Source: Candidatus Omnitrophota bacterium (GTDB lineage: Bacteria > Omnitrophota > Gorgyraeia > 2-01-FULL-45-10). Taken from it: DNA of 64,000 nucleotides. Each line of letters starts with the position of its first letter. Positions within the stretch are counted from its first letter, which is position 1. The notes below the pieces were generated by a model. The model searched no databases. It saw only the letters and a program-made list of their open reading frames with translations, and had not been told where the DNA came from. Positions 39,264 through 50,656 of the stretch are shown here, in pieces. Location: positions 487 through 64,486 of the forward strand of contig JAPLME010000007.1 of assembly GCA_026387175.1 (NCBI GenBank), read 5' to 3'. A program made the position numbers and the translations under genes.

Positions 39264-42121
39264 TACATATCCTCGAACGGCCCGCTCCAGGCGGCTTTAA
39301 GTACCTTCGTATCTGAATTAATTATGAGTTTTCCTTCGAAGTCGTAAACCTTAAACGAAGTATCTTTACGGGCTTTTCCGAGCTTCCAGACGCTTAAAGC
39401 CCCCATCGCTTTCAAGAATTTATCTTCATCCGCGACTTCTACGATGAAACGGGTATTGGATTCAGAAAATAATTGCACATCGCTTACCAATAGTTCCTGT
39501 CCTGCGGGCATTGCGTACGGGTCCAGTCTTATATCCATGCCGAGCCCTCCGGCAAAAGACATTTCAGCGAGCGCCACCGCCATGCCGCCGTCCGAACAGT
39601 CATGGCATGAAACGACCAGGCCCTTTCTGATGGCCTTAGTAAGAGAGCCCATCAGCTTCCTGCCGCTTACGGGGTCGACTCTCGGGACGTCATTTCCTAC
39701 GGCGCCGCGCATCTTGTAGTACTGAGATCCGCCTAGCTCATCGAACGTCAGGCCGACCATATATATCGGATTGCCGGGTTTTTTAACATCCATCGTGATA
39801 GCCTTCGAAACATCATCCATTACGGATATTGCCGATATCAGGAGCGTCGGAGGTATGGATATGGTCTCCTTGCCGTCCGAGTATTCATTGTTCAAGCTGT
39901 CCTTGCCGGAGATGAACGGAACGCCGTAAGCCTTCGCGATATCGTAACAGGCATATGAGGCTCTCACGAGGCCGCCGAGCCTGTCAGGTTTATTGGTATT
40001 GCCCCAGCAGAAGTTATCCAGAATGGCGCACTTGTTTATGTCGCCGCCTACGGATACGATCTGTCTCAGTGCCTCATCTATGGCGCTTGCGGCCATCCAG
40101 TAAGGGTCTATCTTGCCGTAGTCAGGATTTATGCCGCATCCGAGCACAATGCCTTTCCGCGAGCCGAACACGGGAACGGTTACGCATGCGTCGCCTGGCC
40201 CCTGGTTTGGTCCATGCAGGGGTTTGACCACGCTTCCTCCCTGTACCTCATGGTCGTATTGGCGTATTATCCATTCCTTGCTTGCGATATTGAGGTTCGA
40301 GAGCAGTTTTAACAGGTCACCGGTAAGGTCCTTTTTTGTTTTTTTACGAGGTTCCTTAAAATTCGGCTTTCGCCAGACGGCTTTACGCGTAACGCGGGGC
40401 AGTCCGTTATGCAGGAACTTCATGTTCATATCGGCGACGAGAGCGCCGTCATAGAAGAGTTTCAGCTTTTTAGCATTCGTGAATTTTCCTATGACCGTCG
40501 CCTCAACATTCTCACGCTCGAATACGGCCTTAAGCTTATCGATCTTCGCCGGGTCCACCGCGAGGACCATCCGTTCCTGGGCCTCCGATATCCATATCTC
40601 CGTGTAGCTCAGGCCTTTGTATTTGATGGGTACGGCCTCGAGATTAACTTCGGCGCCTATCTCCTCAGCCATCTCACCGACGGCGCTTGATAGCCCGCCC
40701 GCGCCGCAGTCCGTGATAGCGGTATATAAGTTCAGGTCCCTGGCCTGGATGATCGTATCGGCCACTTTCTTTTCCTGTATCGGGTTGCCTATCTGGACCG
40801 CCGAGCCAGATACGCTCTCCGATTCGTGGGTGAGCTCTCCCGATGAGAATGTGGCGCCGTGAATTCCGTCGCGGCCGGTCCTGCCTCCGACTACAACTAT
40901 CAGGTCTCCGGGCCTCGATCTCTTTTCGCATTTATTTCTCGGCAGTATCCCTACGTTGCCGGCGAATACGAGAGGGTTTCCCACAAAGTCGTCGTCGAAG
41001 AGCACGGCTCCATTCGAAGTCGGTATGCCCATCCTGTTGCCATAGTCCCTGACGCCGGCTACGACGCCCTTCATGATCCTTTTGGGATGAAGGCTGCCTT
41101 TGGGTAATCTATTGTACGGATAGTCGGGATTTCCAAAGCAGAATACATCCGTATTTATTATCGGTCTCGCGCCGAGCCCTGTGCCGAGCGGATCGCGGAT
41201 GACCCCGCCTATACCTGTGCCCGCGCCGCCGTAGGGTTCGAGCGCCGACGGGTGGTTGTGCGTCTCGACCTTAAAGCAGATATTATTCTTTTCGTCAAAC
41301 CTGATGATGCCGGAGTTATCCTTAAAGACAGATACGCACCAGGGTTTATTCAATTCATCCGTAACTTTCATTACGGTATTCTTCAATAGATTATTAATGA
41401 TTGCGCCTTCATATTCAATAAGCCCCCTGAAGGTCTTATGCTTGCAGTGCTCGCTCCAGGTCTGGGCGAGCGTCTCGAGTTCGCAATCGGTGGGGTTTCT
41501 TCCCAATTTGACGAAATATTTTTTTATGACGCGCATCTCGTCTAATGACAGGAAGAGCTGCCCCTCCTTCGATAATTTTTTCAGCTTTTGGTCGTTCGCG
41601 CCCAGGATATAGATGTGTTTTAACGCGAAACGGTATGGCGGCGGCTCAAGAGGTATTTCGGAGGAGCCCTTTACGGCATGCTGGATCACTTTATTGTAAA
41701 GTATTTTCTCGGCTATGGAGTGGATCTGGCTGTAGGATAAATTCCCCTTGATCAGGTATTTCTTCGCGGTCTTTACAGCGGAGACGCCGGATACGCCCAG
41801 ATCCCTGATCGCCTTCCTTGCGCTCTCCTCGACAGGATCCATAACGCCGGCATTATACGCGACCTCGACGGCCTTGAAGGACCTTTCGTCGAGCACATTG
41901 CCGCGGTAACTGTACTTTTGCGTTATCGGATCGATTAAAAGATTTTCGCAGATCTTCTTTACGCTATACTCGTCGATCGTGCCATCCAGCAGATAGACCT
42001 GCACCGTCTTGACTTCTTTGACCTTACAGTTTATCCTGAGGTCGCGTATGTCGTGTTTTACGCTCTCGCCCACAGCATCGTAAAAACCGTCTTTTTCGGC
42101 CACTTCAATTCGCCAGGACAT
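39263..42121 (-). CDS. purL: FGAM synthase subunit PurL with an N-terminal PurS-like region
   Basis: WSEHCKHK, ETHNHPS and DCGAGG motifs; ~150-aa N-terminal extension. Confidence 0.95.
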   Translation of the reverse strand: MSWRIEVAEKDGFYDAVGESVKHDIRDLRINCKVKEVKTVQVYLLDGTIDEYSVKKICENLLIDPITQKYSYRGNVLDERSFKAVEVAYNAGVMDPVEESARKAIRDLGVSGVSAVKTAKKYLIKGNLSYSQIHSIAEKILYNKVIQHAVKGSSEIPLEPPPYRFALKHIYILGANDQKLKKLSKEGQLFLSLDEMRVIKKYFVKLGRNPTDCELETLAQTWSEHCKHKTFRGLIEYEGAIINNLLKNTVMKVTDELNKPWCVSVFKDNSGIIRFDEKNNICFKVETHNHPSALEPYGGAGTGIGGVIRDPLGTGLGARPIINTDVFCFGNPDYPYNRLPKGSLHPKRIMKGVVAGVRDYGNRMGIPTSNGAVLFDDDFVGNPLVFAGNVGILPRNKCEKRSRPGDLIVVVGGRTGRDGIHGATFSSGELTHESESVSGSAVQIGNPIQEKKVADTIIQARDLNLYTAITDCGAGGLSSAVGEMAEEIGAEVNLEAVPIKYKGLSYTEIWISEAQERMVLAVDPAKIDKLKAVFERENVEATVIGKFTNAKKLKLFYDGALVADMNMKFLHNGLPRVTRKAVWRKPNFKEPRKKTKKDLTGDLLKLLSNLNIASKEWIIRQYDHEVQGGSVVKPLHGPNQGPGDACVTVPVFGSRKGIVLGCGINPDYGKIDPYWMAASAIDEALRQIVSVGGDINKCAILDNFCWGNTNKPDRLGGLVRASYACYDIAKAYGVPFISGKDSLNNEYSDGKETISIPPTLLISAISVMDDVSKAITMDVKKPGNPIYMVGLTFDELGGSQYYKMRGAVGNDVPRVDPVSGRKLMGSLTKAIRKGLVVSCHDCSDGGMAVALAEMSFAGGLGMDIRLDPYAMPAGQELLVSDVQLFSESNTRFIVEVADEDKFLKAMGALSVWKLGKARKDTSFKVYDFEGKLIINSDTKVLKAAWSGPFEDM

Positions 42122-43666
42122 TTACTCCCACTCTATGGTTGAGGGCGGCTTAGAGCTTATATCGTAAGCGACCCTGTTTACGCCCTTGACCTCGTTTATG
42201 ATCCTGTTGGATATCTTTCCCAGCACGTCGTACGGTATCCTGGCCCAGTCGGCGGTCATGCCGTCGACCGAGGTCACAGCTCTTATGGCGACCACGTTCT
42301 CATAGGTGCGTTCATCGCCCATCACCCCTACCGATTTCACGGGTAAGAGCACCGCGAATGCCTGCCATATCTCGTCATAGAGATCTTCGCGTTTTAATGT
42401 GCTGATGAAGCGGTCATCGACTTCGCGCAATATATCACAGCGTTCCTTGGTCACATCGCCCAGGATCCTTACGGCCAGGCCCGGCCCCGGAAAAGGATGC
42501 CGTCCAAGCACCTCAGGCGGCATTCCGAGTTCTTTCCCTACCTTCCTCACCTCATCCTTGAAAAGATATTTTAAGGGTTCGATCAGTTTCAGGTTCATCT
42601 TCTTCGGTAATCCGCCGACGTTATGGTGCGTCTTTATGGTCGCGCTGGGCCCGCCGAACGCGGACCGGGACTCTATCAGGTCCGGATAGAGCGTACCCTG
42701 GGCGAGATATTTTACGTTACCCACCGATTTAGCCGCGCGATCGAACACTTTTATGAATGTGTGGCCTATTATCTTTCTCTTTTTTTCAGGTTCGGTGACG
42801 CCCCGCAGGTTTTTCAAAAACTCTTCAGAAGCGTCTACGGAGCGAAGGTTAAGCTTAAAATGCTTCTGGAACACTTCCCTGACGGCCTTTCCTTCGCTCT
42901 TACGCAGTAAACCGTTATCGACAAAGATGCAGACCAGCCTCCGGCCTATGGCCTTATTTATTAGGACGGCCGCTACCGAGGAGTCTACTCCCCCGGAAAG
43001 CCCCAGTATGACCCTGTCGTTCGGCCCCGCGGCCTTGCGTATATCCGATACGGTTTCATTTATGAAAGACTTCATCGACCAGTCGCCGCGACAGCGGCAT
43101 ATCTGCCTGACAAAGTTCTTTATGACCGTCTTTCCGGCCTGAGTGTGGGCCACTTCGGGATGGAACTGGACGCCGAAGAAATTCCTCCTGAAATCCGCGA
43201 AAGCGGCTATCGAAGTATTTCCGCTTCTCGCGACACGGACAAACCCCTTAGGCATCTTCCTCACTTTATCGCCGTGGCTCATCCATGAAACGCTTGTCTT
43301 CGGGACGTCTTTAAATAATAGCTTGTGGTTCGTTATTTCGAGAGGCGCCCTGCCGTATTCCCTGTGGCGTGACTTGGCGACATCTCCGCCGAGCATCTTA
43401 GCCATGAGCTGCATTCCGTAGCATATCCCCAGTATCGGGATACCGAGGGAGAAGACCCTGCTATCGCAGTGCGGAGCGCCCTTCGAATATACGCTTGCCG
43501 GGCCGCCCGAGAATATTATGCCCTTTATCTCTTTCGGGTCTATCGATTCGATGGAAAAGTCCGGAGGCAGGATCTCGCAGAATACGTTTAGCTCCCTCAC
43601 CTTTCGGGCTATGAGCTGGTTATACTGTGAACCGAAATCTATTATCAGTATCTTCTCTCTGGACAT
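42122..43666 (-). CDS. guaA: GMP synthase
   Basis: DFGSQY, GICYG, QFHPEV, SGGVDS and KPPSTIEWE motifs. Confidence 0.97.
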   Translation of the reverse strand: MSREKILIIDFGSQYNQLIARKVRELNVFCEILPPDFSIESIDPKEIKGIIFSGGPASVYSKGAPHCDSRVFSLGIPILGICYGMQLMAKMLGGDVAKSRHREYGRAPLEITNHKLLFKDVPKTSVSWMSHGDKVRKMPKGFVRVARSGNTSIAAFADFRRNFFGVQFHPEVAHTQAGKTVIKNFVRQICRCRGDWSMKSFINETVSDIRKAAGPNDRVILGLSGGVDSSVAAVLINKAIGRRLVCIFVDNGLLRKSEGKAVREVFQKHFKLNLRSVDASEEFLKNLRGVTEPEKKRKIIGHTFIKVFDRAAKSVGNVKYLAQGTLYPDLIESRSAFGGPSATIKTHHNVGGLPKKMNLKLIEPLKYLFKDEVRKVGKELGMPPEVLGRHPFPGPGLAVRILGDVTKERCDILREVDDRFISTLKREDLYDEIWQAFAVLLPVKSVGVMGDERTYENVVAIRAVTSVDGMTADWARIPYDVLGKISNRIINEVKGVNRVAYDISSKPPSTIEWE

Positions 43667-43667
43667 A

Positions 43668-45077
43668 TTACGCTTTCTTCATTCCGGCGCACCTCGTCTT
43701 TTCAAGGGCCTTCTTGGACGGAGGCCGGCATATCGTCGTAGGATAGTTTCCGGTGAAGCATGCGGTGCAGAACTCTTCTTTGGGCAGAGTCATCGAGCTA
43801 AGCATGCCCTCAAGAGATATAAATTTTAAGCTGTCGACCCCTATGAACTCTCTTATCTCTTCGACGGAGTGGCTCGACGCGATCAGCTCTTTTTTGGTCG
43901 GGAAATCTATTCCGTAAAAACATGGTGAGATAAGCGGCGGACAGCTCACTCTCATATGTATCTCTTTGGCGCCAGACGCCCGCAGCGCCCTGACCCTGCC
44001 TCTGGAGGTCGTGCCCCGCACGATGGAGTCCTCCACTATGACTATCCTCTTACCTTTCAGGGCGTCTTTTACGGGGTTCAACTTGACCTTCACCTTGAAA
44101 TCCCTTATGAGCTGGCTTGGCTGGATGAAGGTCCTGCCTATATAATGGTTCCTGACGAAAGCTATTTCCAGCGGCAGCTTGGATTCCTCGGCAAATCCGA
44201 GCGCCGCGCATGTGCCGGAATCGGGAATGGGCATTACCATGTCCGCATTGGCGGGATGCTCTCTAGCTAGCGTCTTGCCGAGGTTCTTCCTCGCAAGGTA
44301 TACGCTCTGGGTGAATATGTTGGAATCCGGCCGTGAGAAGTAAATGTATTCAAATATGCAGAATGCGTGCTTTTTGGATTCGGGCTGTTTCAGGGATCTT
44401 ATGCCGTTCTTGTCGATTATTACGATCTCCCCCGGCTCGACATCCCTTACGTAGGATGCCTCGACCATGTCCAGCGCGCATGTCTCGCTCGCGACGATAT
44501 ACGCGTCGCCCATCTTTCCTATGCAAAGCGGCCTGAATCCGTGAGGGTCGCGCATCGCGTAGATCGCGTCATTTATCATTATCACGAACGAAAACGCGCC
44601 CTCGAGCCTGTCCATTATCGGCAATAGTTTCCCCGAGTAATTATTCTGGTGGTCCTTCACCAGGAGATGCAGTATAAGTTCCGAGTCCATCGTGGTCTGT
44701 AATATGGAGCCGGCGTCTTCGAGCTCATTTCTCAAGGCGACCGAATTTGTGAGGTTGCCGTTATGGGCGACGGCTATGAAACCTTTTTTATGGTTGATCA
44801 AGAGCGGCTGGACGTTCTTTGCCGTCGAGGAGCCTGTGGTGGAATAGCGGACGTGCCCGATCGCGAGATGGCCTTTAAGCTTCTTGAGATTTTCCTCTTT
44901 GAAGACATTGCCGACCAGCCCCTGCCCCTTATGCATATATATCTTCTTCTTGTCGAAGCTTACGATGCCGGTCGATTCTTCGCCGCGGTGCTGCAGCGCG
45001 TAGAGGGCCAGGTAGGCAAGCTGCGCGGCGTTCTTATGCCCGTATATCCCGACCACACCGCAATAATCTTTCATCAT
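43668..45077 (-). CDS. purF: Amidophosphoribosyltransferase
   Basis: N-terminal CG, QHRG, GHVRYST and DSIVRGTT motifs. Confidence 0.96.
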   Translation of the reverse strand: MMKDYCGVVGIYGHKNAAQLAYLALYALQHRGEESTGIVSFDKKKIYMHKGQGLVGNVFKEENLKKLKGHLAIGHVRYSTTGSSTAKNVQPLLINHKKGFIAVAHNGNLTNSVALRNELEDAGSILQTTMDSELILHLLVKDHQNNYSGKLLPIMDRLEGAFSFVIMINDAIYAMRDPHGFRPLCIGKMGDAYIVASETCALDMVEASYVRDVEPGEIVIIDKNGIRSLKQPESKKHAFCIFEYIYFSRPDSNIFTQSVYLARKNLGKTLAREHPANADMVMPIPDSGTCAALGFAEESKLPLEIAFVRNHYIGRTFIQPSQLIRDFKVKVKLNPVKDALKGKRIVIVEDSIVRGTTSRGRVRALRASGAKEIHMRVSCPPLISPCFYGIDFPTKKELIASSHSVEEIREFIGVDSLKFISLEGMLSSMTLPKEEFCTACFTGNYPTTICRPPSKKALEKTRCAGMKKA

Positions 45078-46651
45078 GATTTGAGCTCTTTATGATATTC
45101 CTGCAGGCTCTTTACGGAAACATTTGGTTTTTTTATCATATGTTCAATTCCGTTCACGGAAGCTTGCGCTCCGGAAACTGTAGTGATAAGAGGCACATTG
45201 TAAAGCGTAGCGTGTGAACGTATCTTCACCTCATCCGCCTTAGTTACTTTGCCGGAAGGAGTGTTGATGATCAGATCCACCTTTCCGTCTTTCATCAGGT
45301 CGAGCACATTGGGGCGGCCCTCATTGAGTTTCGGCAGGACCTGCACGTCGACATCATTACTCTTCAGCGCGTCCGCTGTGCCGGATGTCGCCATGATATT
45401 AAATCCAAGGTCCTCCAGCTTCTTCGCGACGAATACGATATTGCGCTTATCCTGGTTCTTGACGCTTATGAATACGTTCCCTTTTATCGGGAGCCTCTGC
45501 CCCGCGGCGATCTGGCTCTTGGCGTATGCGGCGCCGAAGGTGGCGTCTATGCCCATCACCTCGCCGGTAGATTTCATCTCAGGGCCCAGTATCGCGTCTA
45601 CCCCCGGGAATTTTATGAAAGGAAATACCGATTCTTTTACCGCGACGCACCCTACCTTCTTTTCTTTGGTGAAGCCGAGTTCCTTCAGGCTCTTGCCGAG
45701 CATTACTTTTGTCGCGAGTTTTGCCAGCGGCGCACCTATGGCTTTACTTACGAAAGGGATCGTCCTGGAGGCTCTCGGGTTCACCTCAAGCACATATACG
45801 ATATTGTTTTTGACGGCGTATTGCACGTTCATCAGACCCTTGACATTCAATTCCATCGCCATCGCGAACGTATTCTTTCTTATGGTTTCCAGGATGTCTT
45901 TACCCAGGGTGTGAGGCGGAATGACCATAGCGCTGTCGCCGGAATGGATGCCTGCCTCTTCTATATGTTCCAGTATTCCGCCTATGACGCAAATTTCGCC
46001 GTCGGCTATGGCATCGACGTCTACCTCGATGGCATCCTCGAGAAATTTATCGATAAGTATCGGATGTTCGGGAGACGCCTCCACCGCCTTCGCCATGTAA
46101 TCGGCGAGGCTCTTCTCGTCGTACACTATCTCCATCGCGCGTCCGCCCAACACAAAAGACGGCCTTACTACTACAGGATAGCCTATGCGCCCGGCCACCT
46201 CTTGCGCCTCGTCAAATGAAGTGGCTGTTCCATTGTCCGGCTGGATCAGCTTCAGCTTCTTCAGCATCAGCTGGAACAATTTTCTGTCCTCAGCCATGCT
46301 GATCGACTCGGGGCTAGTGCCCAGTATCTTAAGCCCTTTACTGGAAAGAGCGTTTGAGATATTGAGCGGCGTCTGGCCCCCGAATTGCACTATTGCCCCT
46401 ATGGGGTCTTCTATGGCCACTATATTCATTACGTCTTCTACCGTGAGCGGCTCGAAGTAAAGCCTGTCCGATGTGTCATAATCCGTTGAGACCGTTTCGG
46501 GGTTGCAGTTGATCATTATGCTCTCGAAGCCTTCTTCCCGAAGGGCATAAGAAGCATGACAGCAGCAGTAATCAAATTCGATACCCTGGCCTATTCGGTT
46601 AGGGCCGCCGCCAAGTATAAGAACCTTCTTATTATCGTTCTTTTTAAGCAT
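45074..46651 (-). CDS. carB: Carbamoyl-phosphate synthase large subunit, C-terminal half
   Basis: Begins at the GPNRIGQGIEFDY motif; second ATP-grasp domain plus MGS domain. Confidence 0.93.
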   Translation of the reverse strand: MLKKNDNKKVLILGGGPNRIGQGIEFDYCCCHASYALREEGFESIMINCNPETVSTDYDTSDRLYFEPLTVEDVMNIVAIEDPIGAIVQFGGQTPLNISNALSSKGLKILGTSPESISMAEDRKLFQLMLKKLKLIQPDNGTATSFDEAQEVAGRIGYPVVVRPSFVLGGRAMEIVYDEKSLADYMAKAVEASPEHPILIDKFLEDAIEVDVDAIADGEICVIGGILEHIEEAGIHSGDSAMVIPPHTLGKDILETIRKNTFAMAMELNVKGLMNVQYAVKNNIVYVLEVNPRASRTIPFVSKAIGAPLAKLATKVMLGKSLKELGFTKEKKVGCVAVKESVFPFIKFPGVDAILGPEMKSTGEVMGIDATFGAAYAKSQIAAGQRLPIKGNVFISVKNQDKRNIVFVAKKLEDLGFNIMATSGTADALKSNDVDVQVLPKLNEGRPNVLDLMKDGKVDLIINTPSGKVTKADEVKIRSHATLYNVPLITTVSGAQASVNGIEHMIKKPNVSVKSLQEYHKELKS

Positions 46652-46663
46652 ATATTCCGGTTA

Positions 46664-46700
46664 AAATAAAAAAACCGGCAGAGACGACTGTCCCTCCGGC
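46664..46700 (-). terminator. Leader terminator upstream of carB-C
   Basis: Minus strand gccgg-agggac-agtc-gtctct-g-ccggt followed by a T run, just before the ATG. Confidence 0.7.
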
Positions 46701-46850
46701 CTGAAAATCAGGAGCCACAATGTGAGGATTACTCGCCTTGTACGCGCTCCCGCTTGCTGCAGACATTGAGTTTAGTATCCATAATCTTATAATATAACAT
46801 ATAATATCATCACATCCGTTTAAGCGGATGTGCTTTTCTTTGCTGACGAA

Positions 46851-46879
46851 ATTTTAGCATGGGCCAATGCCGGTGTCAA
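46851..46879 (-). promoter_or_regulatory. Sigma70-type promoter of the carB-C/purF/guaA/purL/purQ operon
   Basis: TTGACA-17 bp-TAAAAT with a TG extension. Confidence 0.75.
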
Positions 46880-46924
46880 GAGATTTTGAGACAGGTAATG
46901 GGATGACAAGGTAAAAACCGCGCG

Positions 46925-48733
46925 TTATTTCGACTTACTGTTAATAACCCCCAGATTAAGGCGCGCATTCGTATGGGCAGGATTTATCTCCAGAGCTCTC
47001 TTGTACATGGCGATAGCCTCTCCCACTTTCCCCATCCCAAAGTATGCATTACCAAGGTTATTATATGCTTCGGCGTAATTGGGATTGATCTCTATCGCTT
47101 TCTTATACATGGCGGTAGCCTCTTCCTCCCTGCCAATTCCATGGTATGCTACGCCAAGGTTAATATACGCAGGGGCAAAATTGGGATTGATCTCGATTGA
47201 TTTTTCATACATGGCGATAGCCTCTTCTTTCCTGCCCGTCTCATTATATCTGTTAGCGAGGTTACTATATGCAGGGGCGTAATTGGGATTGATCTCTATC
47301 GCTTTCTTATACATGGCGATAGCCTCTTCTTTCCTGCCTGCCTCATTATATCTGTTAGCGAGGTTACTGTATGCTTCGGCGTAATTGGGATTGATCTCTA
47401 TCGCTTTCTTATACATGGCGATAGCCTCTTCTTTCCTGCCCGCCTCATCATATATGCTAGCGAGGTTATTATATACTTTCGGGCTACCGGGAGCGTATTT
47501 CAATATTCTTTCATAAAATGGTACCGGCTCTCTCCATGTATCATTTTGTATGATGGTCAGGTATGAGTAAAAGGCCAGGAGTAATACTGCGAGTGTTATT
47601 GTGAGTATCCTGTATCTTTCTTTTCTGTAAGCTTCTATTAAGAATCTCGATAGGATGAGGAAGAACCCTATTGAGGGCAGATACAGCCAGTTCTCTGCCA
47701 TATAGGCATTTATCGGATAGAGGTTGGATACGGGAATAAGTGTTACGAGAAACCACAATATTGAGAATGATGTCAGTCTATTTGTTTTCACTGTCTTTAC
47801 GGCGAGGAATATCAACGTGATTAGTATGGCTATGCCGCATATCACTTTAGGGTCTATAAAGCTGAATATGGGGGCTCCGTATTCCATGTGCAGGCCAATG
47901 GGTAAGAAGGGTAGTTTTATGTAGTCAGTTATAGCAGCGAAGAAGCCGGGAATCCTCTGAAGTAGAGTGCTGTTAGATATGGAGCCGGTCATTAAATATT
48001 TTAAAACAGTCACTCTTAATAGTATGTAAATAAACGTTATGCCTGATATGGAGAGAAACTCTTTTAATCTTATCTTCTCCTTGAAGGTATAGTGATAGAG
48101 GAGTATTAAAGCTGGGAGGATGAGGCTGTTCTCTTTTGAAAGGAGCGCCAATAAATAGCTTGATGCCATGATGATGTAGTGTATCGCGTTATTGGCTCTT
48201 GAGGATTTGATGTAGAATATCAAAGAGATGAGCATGAAGAATAGGTACATGGGGTCGGCGCGGCTTGATATGTAATTGACTACCCCTGTATGTAGGGGGT
48301 GAACTACGAAAAAAATGGCGGTGAGAAATGAAAGGGTCTTATCGTTAAACAGGATGTCGATGAGCCAGTAGATGCATAATGCTACAAGGATATGCAGAAG
48401 TATGCTGGTGAGATGATATCCGATTACGCTTAACTTCCATGAGTGGTAGTTCATAGCATAGGTGATCATCTGCAAGGGGCGGTAGAAAGAGGATTTCATG
48501 TAGCCGGATATTCCGAAGCCCGTGGTGAACAACTTAAGGCTGATTGGCCATTCTCTAATGAGCGCGTTGTCCTTCACCAAGATATGATCATCGTAAACAA
48601 ACTTGCCGTTTAGAGAGTTGGCGTAAACCGCGATACCCAGGATTATTATAAGGGCAATGGAAGCCAATATTATTGGTTTTTTAACTGGAGCGGGCTTAGC
48701 GGGGGTATTCTTTATGTTTTTAGGGTTCATCAA
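46925..48733 (-). CDS. TMTC-like membrane glycosyltransferase with C-terminal TPRs
   Basis: FVYDD, YRPL, HPLH and SKE motifs; multi-TM body; AYxNL...AIEINP repeats. Confidence 0.85.
   Translation of the reverse strand: MMNPKNIKNTPAKPAPVKKPIILASIALIIILGIAVYANSLNGKFVYDDHILVKDNALIREWPISLKLFTTGFGISGYMKSSFYRPLQMITYAMNYHSWKLSVIGYHLTSILLHILVALCIYWLIDILFNDKTLSFLTAIFFVVHPLHTGVVNYISSRADPMYLFFMLISLIFYIKSSRANNAIHYIIMASSYLLALLSKENSLILPALILLYHYTFKEKIRLKEFLSISGITFIYILLRVTVLKYLMTGSISNSTLLQRIPGFFAAITDYIKLPFLPIGLHMEYGAPIFSFIDPKVICGIAILITLIFLAVKTVKTNRLTSFSILWFLVTLIPVSNLYPINAYMAENWLYLPSIGFFLILSRFLIEAYRKERYRILTITLAVLLLAFYSYLTIIQNDTWREPVPFYERILKYAPGSPKVYNNLASIYDEAGRKEEAIAMYKKAIEINPNYAEAYSNLANRYNEAGRKEEAIAMYKKAIEINPNYAPAYSNLANRYNETGRKEEAIAMYEKSIEINPNFAPAYINLGVAYHGIGREEEATAMYKKAIEINPNYAEAYNNLGNAYFGMGKVGEAIAMYKRALEINPAHTNARLNLGVINSKSK
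46975..47475 (-). repeat. Near-identical 102-bp TPR-coding tandem repeats
   Basis: gattgatctctatcgctttcttatacatggcg recurs at 102-bp spacing. Confidence 0.85.
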
Positions 48734-48740
48734 ACATTAA

Positions 48741-50270
48741 CTACGTTACGAATAGATTATGCGAGGAAAACTTGCCATCGGTGGTTACGTTTAAGCCTAT
48801 CATCTTTAATCCGACTTCATCGCCCGGGGTGGCGATATGGGTCATATGCATCTCACAGTCGCGCAGTCCGCTCAGCTTCTTCATGGCTATCTCGGCGGTG
48901 TGATTGGTGGTGGCGCTTATGGATAGCGCGATCAGTATCTCTTCGAGATCCAGGCTCTCCGGATTCCCTTTCAAGATATCCTCTTTAAGAACTGCAATCT
49001 GTTTAATGATCTGCGGAGATATCAGGAGTATCTCATCCGGTATTTTAGCAATTATCTTAACGGCGTTAAGGATGAGGCTGGAGGCCGCATGCATAAGCTT
49101 TGAGTTTTTTCCCGTGACAATTCTCCCGTCCTCCAGTTCAAGCGCCGCACCGCAGTATATTCCATCAAAACCCTTGCCGCTCGATTCCGCTTCATCCGCG
49201 GTCTTCCTGGCATGCGCAACAACGGAGCGGTCTGTAACCTTTACATCCATCTCCTCCATCAGCATCTTGACTCTGGTCACGGTCTCCTTGCTCTCTATGC
49301 CAAGGACATACTCCTGATTGTAACGAAAGTATCTTCTTATGAGCTCTTGTTTTGCGGCATTTTGCACTATGGCATCATTCACTATTCCGTAGCCCGCCCT
49401 GTTCACGCCCATATCTGTGGGCGAATTGTACATCGGAAGGGCCGCGGCCTTATCCACGATCTTCATAAGCATCAGTTTCAATATCGGAAAACTGTCGACG
49501 TCGCGGTTGTAATTTATAGCCGTTTCACCGTATTTCGATAAATGGAACGGGTCGACCAGATTAAAATCGAGGATATCCGCGGTCGCGGCTTCATAGGCGA
49601 CATTAACAGGGTGTTTCAGCGGCAGGTTCCATATAGGGAATGTCTCGAATTTTGCGTAGCCGGCATTGATGCCGCGCCTGTGTTCATGATACAGCTGCGA
49701 AAGGCAGACGGACAGCTTCCCGCTATTCGGTCCGGGAGCGGTGACGACCACTATCGGTTTATTGGTCTCTATATAATCGTTTTTGCCGAATCCGTTGTCG
49801 CTCGCCACATGATCGGTGTTTGTGGAATACCCCTCTATGGGATAGTGGAGGTATACCGTAACGCCGCGGCGCTCAAGCTTATTCCTAAATATAATCGCGG
49901 ACGGCTGATTCGTAAACCGCGTGATGACCACCGAAGATATGTCGAGCCCCCATCTTCTGAGATCGTCGATAAGTTTAAATGTGGCGGCGTCGTATGTTAT
50001 ACCGAAGTCCCCCCTCACCCTTCCCTTTTCGATATCGCCGGCGAATATCGCCAGCACTATCTCGATTTTATCCTTAAGGGCCTGCAGGAGCCTTATCTTG
50101 ACGTTCGGATCGTAACCCGGCAGGACGCGCGCGGCGTGATAGTCGAAGCAGAGCTTTCCGCCGAACTCCAGATAGAGTTTATTGCCAAATTTTTTGACAC
50201 GATCCAGTATCGCGGCGGTCTGTTCTCTTAGGTACTTTTCGTTATCGAAACCGGTTTTATCCGGGGTCAT
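48741..50270 (-). CDS. DUF1846-family protein
   Basis: KLYLEFGGKL, APGPNSGK and YAKFETFPIWN motifs. Confidence 0.88.
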   Translation of the reverse strand: MTPDKTGFDNEKYLREQTAAILDRVKKFGNKLYLEFGGKLCFDYHAARVLPGYDPNVKIRLLQALKDKIEIVLAIFAGDIEKGRVRGDFGITYDAATFKLIDDLRRWGLDISSVVITRFTNQPSAIIFRNKLERRGVTVYLHYPIEGYSTNTDHVASDNGFGKNDYIETNKPIVVVTAPGPNSGKLSVCLSQLYHEHRRGINAGYAKFETFPIWNLPLKHPVNVAYEAATADILDFNLVDPFHLSKYGETAINYNRDVDSFPILKLMLMKIVDKAAALPMYNSPTDMGVNRAGYGIVNDAIVQNAAKQELIRRYFRYNQEYVLGIESKETVTRVKMLMEEMDVKVTDRSVVAHARKTADEAESSGKGFDGIYCGAALELEDGRIVTGKNSKLMHAASSLILNAVKIIAKIPDEILLISPQIIKQIAVLKEDILKGNPESLDLEEILIALSISATTNHTAEIAMKKLSGLRDCEMHMTHIATPGDEVGLKMIGLNVTTDGKFSSHNLFVT

Positions 50271-50656
50271 TTTATCACTTTGACATTTGCCTGGACGCTA
50301 TTCTTAAAATCTTCATTCGCTTTTTTGAAAATCTCAGGATTTGATTCCCACCCTTTATATTGAGGCCGGCTATTGACCCATTCCTCGAAAAGCGCCCATC
50401 TAAAATGAGCCGCTGTGACATCATTCGATTCCAGGCCGATCCTGTCGCTCTTTCGATCCGTGACGGTCTTATTTATTGTTTTTCCTTTGTATGCGGTGAT
50501 CGGGACGGCTTTACCGGTGAGTATATTATATCTGGCCGGTATGTCGATGCCCCCGATGTTGTAGTTTACTGTTCTTATGAACAGGGTACGATAGATGAAG
50601 AATATGCCCATTATGACCAGTGTGGTTACGAGCGCGATCTTTAAATTTTTATTCAC
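50267..50656 (-). CDS. Hypothetical membrane-anchored protein
   Basis: ATGA overlaps with both neighbours; N-terminal TM helix. Confidence 0.7.
   Translation of the reverse strand: MNKNLKIALVTTLVIMGIFFIYRTLFIRTVNYNIGGIDIPARYNILTGKAVPITAYKGKTINKTVTDRKSDRIGLESNDVTAAHFRWALFEEWVNSRPQYKGWESNPEIFKKANEDFKNSVQANVKVIK

Noticed and set aside
46652-46850. Known purine, ZTP, PRPP or PyrR element in the carB-C leader
   Set aside because: Their consensus motifs were not found by eye. The region is kept only as an unclassified leader.
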